A program made the position numbers and the translations under genes. The notes under the pieces were generated by a model. That model made no database searches, had not been told where the DNA came from, and was given only the letters and a program-made list of their open reading frames with translations. Positions 1 to 7,554 of a stretch of DNA of 19,126 bases are shown in pieces. This DNA comes from Methanocella sp. (GTDB taxonomy: Archaea; Thermoproteota; Bathyarchaeia; Bathyarchaeales; Bathycorpusculaceae), in assembly GCA_050261115.1 (NCBI GenBank), contig JBLNCY010000065.1, positions 1 to 19,126 on the forward strand, given 5' to 3'. Numbering within the stretch: position 1 is the stretch's first letter; each line of letters starts with the position of its first letter.

Positions 1-567
1 TACCAGGCATCGGCTAAAGAAGTGGCCGCCATAGAGGTTCCTGATATGAATTTTCTTATGGTTGGCGGTCAAGGTGCGCCCGCTTCCCTAGAGTATCAGC
101 AGGCTCTTGAGGCACTCTTTCCATTAGCTTACGCCCTAAAATTCATGGTTAAGAAGTCTCAAGGGGTCGATTATGGGGTGATGCCGCTTGAGGGGCTATG
201 GTGGGTTGACGATATGACTAAGTTCAGCGTGGAACGGAAGGACGAGTGGAAATGGACCGCTATGATTATGCAGCCAAAATACATCACCGAAGATCTCTTT
301 AAAGAAGCCGTTGAGGAGGTGCGCAAGAAAAAAGCCCCCGCCGTCCTAGATAAGGTGCGCTTTGAAAGCTACCACGAAGGCAAAGCCGCACAGATTATGC
401 ATATCGGCCCCTACTCAGCCGAGGGACCAACCATACAGAAACTCCATGCGTTCATCAAAGAATCAGGGCATGAATTAAGCGGAAAACACCATGAAATCTA
501 CTTAAGCGACGTGCGAAAGACTGCGCCAGAGAAACTCAAAACCATCATAAGACAGCCCTTGAAATAA
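1..567 (+). CDS. GyrI-like small-molecule-binding domain protein (5'-truncated by window edge)
   Basis: Frame is open from base 1 (YQASAKEV...). Motifs PLEGLWW, WKWTAMIMQP, HIGPYSAE and HHEIYLSD are typical of Lin2189-type GyrI-like proteins. Confidence 0.88.
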   Translation, partial: YQASAKEVAAIEVPDMNFLMVGGQGAPASLEYQQALEALFPLAYALKFMVKKSQGVDYGVMPLEGLWWVDDMTKFSVERKDEWKWTAMIMQPKYITEDLFKEAVEEVRKKKAPAVLDKVRFESYHEGKAAQIMHIGPYSAEGPTIQKLHAFIKESGHELSGKHHEIYLSDVRKTAPEKLKTIIRQPLK

Positions 568-574
568 ACACCTG

Positions 575-1072
575 TTAGGGGGAAGCAAACACTAACTGCG
601 TTTGCTTAGACTTTTTCTGCTTTCTCCCCGTTTCCGTTGTCATTTCAGGCTCTGGCTGCGTTTCCAGCTCAGCAATCATATCCTTGAGGATTTTTATGAT
701 TTCTTTCTTCTGTTTTGCATTGTTGATGCTCCAATTTTCTTTGTTGGCGCGTTTGTGGGCGACTTTGTATTTGGTGCCGGTCATTTCGGTTGAGTAGTTG
801 TTGGCGTCGAGTTTCTTGACGATTTGATCGGCGACGATATACCAGTGGTATTCTGTTCCGACGGGTGCGCCTGAACCTTCAGGTGCTTTTCCTCGGCGTT
901 TTTTGCCGACTTTGTATGAGAATTTCCATTTGTTTGGGTCGGTTTTGGTTTCTTTCCATTCGCCTGCTTCGTATTGCCATGTGTGGCCATGTCCGACTTT
1001 GACTCCGGTGTATTTTTTGCCTTTGTATTCCTTGAGTTTGTTGAATTTAGATAAATCGGGTGCTTTTGACAT
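575..1072 (-). CDS. Lys-rich, aromatic-rich hypothetical protein (165 aa)
   Basis: ATG-started ORF with a family-like core YTGVKVGHGHTWQY...APEGSGAPVGTEYHWYI...KVAHKR. Converges on the GyrI-like gene with a 7-nt gap. Confidence 0.8.
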   Translation of the reverse strand: MSKAPDLSKFNKLKEYKGKKYTGVKVGHGHTWQYEAGEWKETKTDPNKWKFSYKVGKKRRGKAPEGSGAPVGTEYHWYIVADQIVKKLDANNYSTEMTGTKYKVAHKRANKENWSINNAKQKKEIIKILKDMIAELETQPEPEMTTETGRKQKKSKQTQLVFASP

Positions 1073-1200
1073 AGGTTCTACTTAAGTTTAGACGGTTTTA
1101 TAATTGTTCTGCCAAACAATGCTATAATTCTGGCTATTTGACGTTTTTGCCAATGGATATGGTGCTGATTGGCGTTTATTCCATAAATTGGCGCCTGATG

Positions 1201-1701
1201 TTAAATCAAGCGTTGAATCCGCAGAGATTTAAGCTGCTCCCGCAGTTTCTTATCCATCTTGGGGAAGCGAGCTGCCGCCTGTGGATGCACCATCTCAAAA
1301 TACTCAACCCCCATAACCCTGGGTGCTTTACACGCAGCCTTGCCCAAAAGCACAATCACCTTAGGCTTAACGATGCTAATTTCAGCCTCCAAATAGGGCA
1401 GGCAAGCCTCAATCTCATCGTCTAGGGGGCGCCGATTTTTTGGGGTGATGTGCTTGACGATGTTTGTTATGTAGAGGTCTTCTCTGCGTATACCATTCTC
1501 TAGCAATACCTGGGTGAGGTATTTGCCGGCTCTGCCCACAAAGGGTCTGCCTGTTTCGTCCTCTTCTGCCCCGGGGTTCTGCCCTACAAGCATAACCTCT
1601 GCGTTGCGGGGACCCTCGCCGGGAACACCATGTTTTGCGCCCTGCCAGAGTCGACATCGCCTGCAAGCATAGATTTCTCTACTGATAGCTTCTAAATCCA
1701 A
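1201..1701 (-). CDS. udg: Uracil-DNA glycosylase, family 4-like (Fe-S), variant motifs
   Basis: CRRC, VPGEG, GQNPGAEEDETGRPFVGRAG, YITNIVK, EIEAC and HP motifs. Start placed at TTG 1701 behind an AGGCGG RBS-like sequence rather than at 1740. Confidence 0.88.
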   Translation of the reverse strand: MDLEAISREIYACRRCRLWQGAKHGVPGEGPRNAEVMLVGQNPGAEEDETGRPFVGRAGKYLTQVLLENGIRREDLYITNIVKHITPKNRRPLDDEIEACLPYLEAEISIVKPKVIVLLGKAACKAPRVMGVEYFEMVHPQAAARFPKMDKKLREQLKSLRIQRLI

Positions 1702-1812
1702 AAACAATCCGCCTGTTGTTGAATAAATACAGTCACACAACTTAAAAAACTCGCTTAATTCTATTAATCAAGTTCTTGTATGCCAAAATAAGCGTTAGTT
1801 TCTGGCGGTTTT

Positions 1813-2112
1813 ATGCAGAAAGTATCGGTTTCTGGGTCCCTAATCGAGAGTGCCACTCGTGTTCTGCTAAGGATAGCTTTGGCTTTTGAGCCCCTAGCAC
1901 CCGCCGCCATCACCGTCTTGCTAAACCAGCAGCTGCATCGCTACAAAGAAGGCGGCATAGTCGGAGACTATAAAACCCACACCAAACGACTCGGACGATA
2001 CCATTACCGCATAGAAATCGACTTGGACCTTACTGGCATGCAAGCCTATCACCTGTTAGGCAACGTTTTTCCTAAACAGCTAGGACGTTTTGGGAGGTGG
2101 TTCCATGACTGA
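1813..2112 (+). CDS. Hypothetical protein (99 aa)
   Basis: ATG ORF divergent from udg, preceded by GGCGG. Its stop overlaps the start of the next small ORF. Confidence 0.65.
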   Translation: MQKVSVSGSLIESATRVLLRIALAFEPLAPAAITVLLNQQLHRYKEGGIVGDYKTHTKRLGRYHYRIEIDLDLTGMQAYHLLGNVFPKQLGRFGRWFHD

Positions 2113-2260
2113 AATGACAGATAAAAGCGGCAAAATGAAGTTGACAGTTGAAGTGGAAGTCAATGAGCAATTGATGGATGTCGTTAAGGAAGCGATGTCT
2201 AAGGCTTCAAGTAAACTGCCGGAAATGATGAAGCGCGGAGGCTCCGAAGCTAAGGAATAG
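2105..2260 (+). CDS. Small hypothetical protein (51 aa), absent from the ORF track
   Basis: Manual translation MTEMTDKSGKMKLTVEVEVNEQLMDVVKEAMSKASSKLPEMMKRGGSEAKE*. Strong RBS GGGAGGTGG at 2092-2100 and an 8-nt overlap with the upstream gene. Confidence 0.75.
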   Translation: MTEMTDKSGKMKLTVEVEVNEQLMDVVKEAMSKASSKLPEMMKRGGSEAKE

Positions 2261-2263
2261 CTG

Positions 2264-2482
2264 CTACATTTCGCTGGCTTTTTCAAGCACTTGGATGATG
2301 AGGCCGTCGTGGATGCGTTCTCCTTCTACGTCGGCTTCTTTTGCCGATTTTATCTTTTGTATATTCTTCGATGTGGGCTTCGATTGCCTTTCATTTCTTG
2401 TACACTGGGTACAAGTAGGATTTTTGCGCCCACAGTATCATTCGATCATCCTGAACTTTATTTTTTTGAAGCTTTTGGGCAT
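2264..2482 (-). pseudogene. Probable degenerate small gene (multiple frameshifts)
   Basis: Protein-like pieces in successive frames (GAKILLVPSVQEM / KAIEAHIEEY / KEADVEGERIHDGLIIQVLE / KASEM*) with no continuous ORF. Confidence 0.45.
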
Positions 2483-2635
2483 TACTTATTCTCCAGCGAC
2501 TTTTCATTTACCATCGTATCTTCTTTTTAGGGTTTTATTCTATAATCGGATTTATATCGGGAAAAAATACGGATGCCGCATAAGAAACGGCTCAAATTAT
2601 CGATCAATCACTAAATTGTTCATTTAATTCGATGA

Positions 2636-2648
2636 GAAAGCCTTTAAG
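2636..2648 (+). promoter_or_regulatory. Putative archaeal BRE/TATA element
   Basis: GAAAGCCTTTAAG located about 30-45 nt upstream of ATG 2680. Confidence 0.4.
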
Positions 2649-2679
2649 CCCCAATCCTACACTTTTCTAGGGATCAAAC

Positions 2680-2994
2680 ATGAAGTTTTTAATAATTCAG
2701 AGAGTAAAACGAGACATCTCCATGGCTCGCTGGGCGAAGTTGCTTCCGCTTCAATTCAAATACTTCGAAAAGCTTGAACAAGAAAAAACCCTCGAAGTCT
2801 ACTATCACCTAATCGGGCAACAGGGGAGCATGCTTATCGTAAACGTAGAATCCGACGAGAAACTCAGCCGCATCATAGGCCAAGACCCTCTCTTCTTTGA
2901 ATGCGAACGCGAAATCTACCCCCTAACCACACGGAAAACGCATGAAAACCAAATCCGAGAACTCTTGGGTTCACAATCTACCTTGGGCGTATAG
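2680..2994 (+). CDS. Muconolactone-isomerase/DUF3303-like dimeric alpha-beta barrel protein
   Basis: 104 aa with the pattern MKFLII...G..G.MLIVNVESDEKL..II..DPL......IYPL. Confidence 0.6.
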   Translation: MKFLIIQRVKRDISMARWAKLLPLQFKYFEKLEQEKTLEVYYHLIGQQGSMLIVNVESDEKLSRIIGQDPLFFECEREIYPLTTRKTHENQIRELLGSQSTLGV

Positions 2995-2995
2995 C

Positions 2996-3556
2996 ATGGG
3001 GTGCCATGGCGGATTCAGCCTCGACGAGGCGACAAGGCGCAGTTGGTACAGCCCCGAAGCAGTCCTCTCAGACCTAAAGGCGGGGATGACTTTTGTGGAT
3101 GTAGGCTGTGGAGACGGCTTTTTTAGTCTACTTGCCGCCAAAAAAGTGGGGCTTGAGGGGCGTGTGTTCGCTGTGGATGTAGATGGCTCAAGGGTTGGGT
3201 TGTTGTGGGATAAAGCCGCTGCGGCGGGTTTAACAAACATCGTTGCAGTGATTGCTAGGGCGGAGGATACGGTTTTCTGTGAGGGCTGCGCGGATATGGT
3301 TCTCTATAGCATGGACTTGCATGACTTTGACAATCCCCCGAGGGTGCTTGAGAACGCCCGCTTGATGCTTAAACCGACGGGGCGACTGGTGGATTTGGAT
3401 TGGAAAAAGACGCTGATGCAGATTGGGCCACCAGTGCATATCCGGTTTAGCGAGGACAAAGTGGCTGAGATGCTAAAAAAAGCGAAGTTTAAGGTGGAAT
3501 CCGTCAAAGAGGCAGGACCCTACCATTACCTCATAACCGCTGTTCCGGCGCCTTAG
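2996..3556 (+). CDS. Class I SAM-dependent methyltransferase
   Basis: Motif I VDVGCGDG, VFAVD, LHDF and LKPTGRLV. ATG 2996 lies 1 nt after the upstream stop, a better start than 2942. Confidence 0.9.
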   Translation: MGCHGGFSLDEATRRSWYSPEAVLSDLKAGMTFVDVGCGDGFFSLLAAKKVGLEGRVFAVDVDGSRVGLLWDKAAAAGLTNIVAVIARAEDTVFCEGCADMVLYSMDLHDFDNPPRVLENARLMLKPTGRLVDLDWKKTLMQIGPPVHIRFSEDKVAEMLKKAKFKVESVKEAGPYHYLITAVPAP

Positions 3557-4158
3557 GTGGTAGCTTGCGCATAGAGCTTAAGCAGGTCAGTTTTGAACCA
3601 TTCCGGCTGATCCTGATAAGCCGAATGCGTTGCGTTATTGTAAACAAGCAGCTTTGCATCAGGGAGCTTATCGACGAGTACACGCATCTCTTCGCCTGAG
3701 ATGACAGTGTCGTTGTTGCCCCAGATGACTCGTATGGGGAAATGGAAGTTCATATACTTGAACACAAGCTCGCTGTCCTTAAATGCGAAGGCTGGCGATA
3801 TCAAAAGCATGCCTTTCACGGGATGCTTCGAGGCATAGTTGAGTGCCATGTAGCCGCCTAAGCTTGCGCCCACCAGCACAGGTGCTTCGTCGCCAAATAG
3901 GCTGCTTATTGCTTCTGCTATGAGGGCTATGTTGGCTTGGGGGTCGCGTGTTTTGGGTTCACATTGGCTCTTAGCGCCATAGGGCATGTCGAGTGCAAGG
4001 AAGGGAATTTGTTTTTCTTGGAGTGTGTCGAATATTTTGATGCGTTGCCATACGCCGATATCGTAGGATAAGCCGTGGAGGAACACGATGGGAGTTCCCC
4101 CCTTGCCTTTGCTGTAAAGGGCTTGGCATTTGAAACCGGCGAAGTTAAGTGTGTCCAT
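3553..4158 (-). CDS. Alpha/beta hydrolase
   Basis: VFLHG oxyanion motif, nucleophile elbow GASLGG, WGNND acid and H in NATHSAY. Start at ATG 4158 (MDTLNF). Confidence 0.88.
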   Translation of the reverse strand: MDTLNFAGFKCQALYSKGKGGTPIVFLHGLSYDIGVWQRIKIFDTLQEKQIPFLALDMPYGAKSQCEPKTRDPQANIALIAEAISSLFGDEAPVLVGASLGGYMALNYASKHPVKGMLLISPAFAFKDSELVFKYMNFHFPIRVIWGNNDTVISGEEMRVLVDKLPDAKLLVYNNATHSAYQDQPEWFKTDLLKLYAQATT

Positions 4159-4295
4159 TTTCTCACTTCTTTTTGTTAATGACTTTGGGTGCTTATAGCT
4201 TTGGGTATAGCAGCGGTAACATGCTTTCTTCAAGGTGCCCTTTAGGTTGATTGCGTCCATAAAAGAAATATTGCCAAACCATCCACTAGTAATAG

Positions 4296-4793
4296 GTGAA
4301 TTTTTTGGCAGTAAAAGTCGGCGATAAAGCCCCAGACTTCACGCTCCCCAGCCAGATGGGCGACAACGTGAGCCTCAACGAATACATAGGCAAGAAAAAC
4401 ATCGTGCTTTTCTTCTACCCCAAAGACGAATCCCCCGGCTGCACAAAAGAGGTCTGTAGCTTCCGCGATAGCTACCAGCAACTAACCGATTTGGGTGCGG
4501 AGGTGCTGGGTGTGAGTGGGCAGAGTGTGGAGTCGCATGCGGCGTTTGCATCGCATTATGGGCTGCCATTTTTGCTCCTAAGCGACGTGGACAATAAGGT
4601 TCGAAATCTTTACGGTGTTCCCGCAACCATGGGCATCATACCCGGTCGAGTAACCTATATCATCGACAAGAAAGGCTTCGTACGACACATTTTTAACTCT
4701 CAGACGCAGGCCACGCGGCACGTTGAAGAAGCCAAACGCTCCCTAGAGGATCTGGTCAAGGAAGAGCAGACCCAAGCGACCCCCGCAGCCTAA
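4296..4793 (+). CDS. bcp: Peroxiredoxin, BCP/PrxQ family
   Basis: GDKAPDF, FFYPKDESPGCTKEVCSFRD (PxxxS/TxxC plus CxxxxC) and RVTYIIDKKG. Start may be GTG 4296 or TTG 4305. Confidence 0.93.
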   Translation: MNFLAVKVGDKAPDFTLPSQMGDNVSLNEYIGKKNIVLFFYPKDESPGCTKEVCSFRDSYQQLTDLGAEVLGVSGQSVESHAAFASHYGLPFLLLSDVDNKVRNLYGVPATMGIIPGRVTYIIDKKGFVRHIFNSQTQATRHVEEAKRSLEDLVKEEQTQATPAA

Positions 4794-4803
4794 GGCGCCC
4801 CTC

Positions 4804-6039
4804 ATGCTAAGCATCTACAATACGCTAACCCGACAAATCGAGCCCTTCAAACCCCAAAACGACAAGCAAGTCAAAATGTACACCTGCGGCCCCTCCACAT
4901 ATCAGCGCCCCCACATCGGCAACTACCGCACGTTCCTCTTCGAAGACATACTGCAACGCTACCTTGAGTATCAAGGTTACAAAGTCACGCGTTTAATGGC
5001 TTTAACTGACGTGGAGGATAAAGCGATAATGGAGGCTAAAAAGCAAAGACTACGCCTCGACGCCTTAACCCAGAAAAATGAAGCCATATTCTTCAAGGAC
5101 TTCGAGCTACTGTACATCAAAAAACCCGACTACCCCATTCGCGCCTCCCAAGCAGTAGACCAAGCCGCCAACCTCATAGCTAAGCTTCTTCAAAGCGGCC
5201 ATGCCTACTGGTACACCCATCAAGGCATCAAAAACGTCTACTTCGACCCTCTAAAATTCAGCGGCTTTGGTAAACTCGCTCACCTTGACATGTCCAAATG
5301 GCCCAAACGGCACCGCCGATACCACAAAGACACCTACCCCGGTACGCCCTGGAACATGGGCGACTTTATTCTCTGGCATGGCTGTGGACTTGAAAAAGTC
5401 TGCTACAAGACCCCGATTGGTAGTGGTAGGCCAGCGTGGAATATCCAAGACGCCGCCATCGTAACCAAGCATCTTGGCTTTAGCGTTGACATTGCCTGTG
5501 GAGGGGTCGATAATCTTGTGCGGCATCATGATTACACTATTGCGATTGTGGAGTCGATTTCTGGGCAGCAGTTTGCGGGTTTTTGGCTGCATGGGGGGCA
5601 CCTGTTTGTGGATGGCGCCAAGATGTCTAAGAGTACGGGTAATGTGGTTTATCCTTCTGATGTGCTTGAGAGGGGGTTTAGTGGGAGGCAGCTTCGGTTT
5701 TTCTTAATTGATGCGCCTTATCGTGATGAGTTGGATTTCACGTTTGAAAAGTTATCTGACTCTTCCGGGCGCCTTGAGAGTTTGAGGGGCATGATTAAGG
5801 CACTACAGCAGACCGTGCAGCCTTCCGATAAGTGTATGGGCGACTCCTATGTGGGGCGAATCACAAGTGAATTTGAAGCACACATGAACAATAACCTAGA
5901 CGTAGCCGGAGCAATCAAAACCCTCACCCAAACAGTCACAGAAGTATACGAGAAATCTGACGCTTTGCCCAGAGAAGAAATAGAAAATGTATTAGCTGAC
6001 TTAGCGCAGGTTGATTCTGTGCTGCAGTGTCTATTCTAG
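4804..6039 (+). CDS. Cysteinyl-tRNA-synthetase-like class I ligase (divergent paralog)
   Basis: IYNTLTR, MYTCGPS, HIGN, TDVEDK, DFILW, GRPAW, GGVD..RHH and KMSKS. Two Zn-ligand positions are substituted and the C-terminus is short. Confidence 0.85.
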   Translation: MLSIYNTLTRQIEPFKPQNDKQVKMYTCGPSTYQRPHIGNYRTFLFEDILQRYLEYQGYKVTRLMALTDVEDKAIMEAKKQRLRLDALTQKNEAIFFKDFELLYIKKPDYPIRASQAVDQAANLIAKLLQSGHAYWYTHQGIKNVYFDPLKFSGFGKLAHLDMSKWPKRHRRYHKDTYPGTPWNMGDFILWHGCGLEKVCYKTPIGSGRPAWNIQDAAIVTKHLGFSVDIACGGVDNLVRHHDYTIAIVESISGQQFAGFWLHGGHLFVDGAKMSKSTGNVVYPSDVLERGFSGRQLRFFLIDAPYRDELDFTFEKLSDSSGRLESLRGMIKALQQTVQPSDKCMGDSYVGRITSEFEAHMNNNLDVAGAIKTLTQTVTEVYEKSDALPREEIENVLADLAQVDSVLQCLF

Positions 6040-6267
6040 TTCGCCGACGAATTTTACGCGGTCAAAGTTTTCTACATTATGCGGCGCCATATCCAATTCT
6101 TCGGTTAAGTCTTTGCCTGCATCGTGCATGCCCATATGTTGTCCGTCTATCCAGAAACTGCTCTCAGAAACATCATATACTTTGCCTTGATATGCAAACC
6201 ATGCGGGTTTACCGTTTTTACCATCATTTGATTCTAGTTCTTGACGGGTTACTTTTCTTTGTGCCAT
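6031..6267 (-). CDS. Cytochrome b5-like heme/steroid-binding domain protein
   Basis: ELESNDGKNGKPAWFAYQGKVYDVS..W..G.H...H.AGKDLT.....APH....VGEL pattern. Confidence 0.9.
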   Translation of the reverse strand: MAQRKVTRQELESNDGKNGKPAWFAYQGKVYDVSESSFWIDGQHMGMHDAGKDLTEELDMAPHNVENFDRVKFVGELE

Positions 6268-6326
6268 GAAAATATGCCTCTGAAATTATTTGGTGGCTTG
6301 AGGGCAATAAAGGTTTAGCTTGCTTG

Positions 6327-7436
6327 CTAGTGGGCTATGGTGACGGTTTGGGTTTTAGCATTTATGTTTATGTTCCCTGTGCCGTGGACTGTGTTTGTGA
6401 TGTCTATGTTGCTTTCCGAGGGGTAGTTGCTGGAGTAAAGGGGCGATTGATCACCGGTGAAGCCTACGAGGCTAGTTTCGATACTACCCATGTTTGTTGC
6501 GGAGGTGACTTTTGCGGCGACGCCTGCATCGACCTCTAAACCCAAATAGATAGTGCCCGTGGTTGCAGCCGCATTTACCTCCATGTTGCCATCGAGCTGG
6601 CTTGTTTCTGTTATGTCCATAGCGATGTTGCCGGTGACCGTTTGTAGGTCAAGCGTGCAGTTGTCCAGGACGCCTATTTCATGTATGCGCAAGTTTACTT
6701 CCCCCGTCGTTGTTCTGAGAATGACTGGGCCGTTGAGTGCTGCTTTGTCTTGGAGGTTGGCTTCCACGTCGCCTGTGGTGGTTTGCAGCAAAAGGGCTTC
6801 TATGGTGACGCCTCGATCGGCTGTTAAGCTGATTTTCCCCGTTGTGGAGGTGACGTTGAGGTTTAGGTGGAGCTTGGGGTCTACATAGATTTGGACTGAG
6901 ACAGCTGCGCCTCTGGTCAGGGCGTTTTCTACGTTGATTTGGCTGTTAATGGTTAAGGTTCGGCCTATGGTTTGGTTGTCAAAGGTTACCGTCATAGGCA
7001 TGTCATCATTGGTGATGAAGCTGCTAGAGCCGTTGCCCTGCACGTGAATGAGGACTGCTTTTTCTCCGACTTCAAGTGTCATTATGTTGATTTGCCCGAT
7101 ATTGGTGGCAAAGTTCAGGTTGAGGCTATCAATTTCGGGGCTGCCATCGCTGAATGTTTTCTCAAAACTCCAAGACGTCGTCGGGATGAATAGTAACGCG
7201 GCAGCCACAGAAGCTAAGACTAATATGCCGATTAGGCCCGCTGTGAGGATGATGATGCGGTTGCTGCGGGGTTTTTGTGTTGCGGTTTCTGTTGGGGCTG
7301 GCGTTGGCGGTGGGTACTGCTGGACTGGCATGGGCGCGGGTGCTGGTGCATTGTGGGCTGCGATTGGTAAGCCGCATCGGTGGCAGAATCGGGCGCTCTC
7401 ATCTAGGGGTGTGCCGCATCTTCTACAGTAAGGCAA
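6327..7436 (-). CDS. Zinc-ribbon + Pro-rich linker + TM helix + DUF4097/adhesin-like beta-repeat membrane protein
   Basis: CRRCG...FCHRCG, a PAPAP linker, one hydrophobic helix, then repeated (T/S)TTG.(I/V) units. Confidence 0.8.
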   Translation of the reverse strand: MPYCRRCGTPLDESARFCHRCGLPIAAHNAPAPAPMPVQQYPPPTPAPTETATQKPRSNRIIILTAGLIGILVLASVAAALLFIPTTSWSFEKTFSDGSPEIDSLNLNFATNIGQINIMTLEVGEKAVLIHVQGNGSSSFITNDDMPMTVTFDNQTIGRTLTINSQINVENALTRGAAVSVQIYVDPKLHLNLNVTSTTGKISLTADRGVTIEALLLQTTTGDVEANLQDKAALNGPVILRTTTGEVNLRIHEIGVLDNCTLDLQTVTGNIAMDITETSQLDGNMEVNAAATTGTIYLGLEVDAGVAAKVTSATNMGSIETSLVGFTGDQSPLYSSNYPSESNIDITNTVHGTGNININAKTQTVTIAH

Positions 7437-7554
7437 TGAACAATGACCTCAAGTGTAGGGTGGGGAGGGGTAAATTTAAGGCTTTACCAGAAACACAAAA
7501 CCCTGACTCAGATAGGTAAAGCGCTTCTTGTCAGGGTTTCTTAACTAAGTTTAG

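Noticed and set aside
602-1666. Short alternative-frame or antisense ORFs over the hypothetical gene and udg (likewise those inside other main genes)
   Set aside because: They are nested in better-supported genes and show no family motifs.
2291-2627. + strand ORFs of 79 and 110 aa
   Set aside because: Phe-rich antisense shadows of an A-rich minus-strand remnant, with no recognisable motifs.
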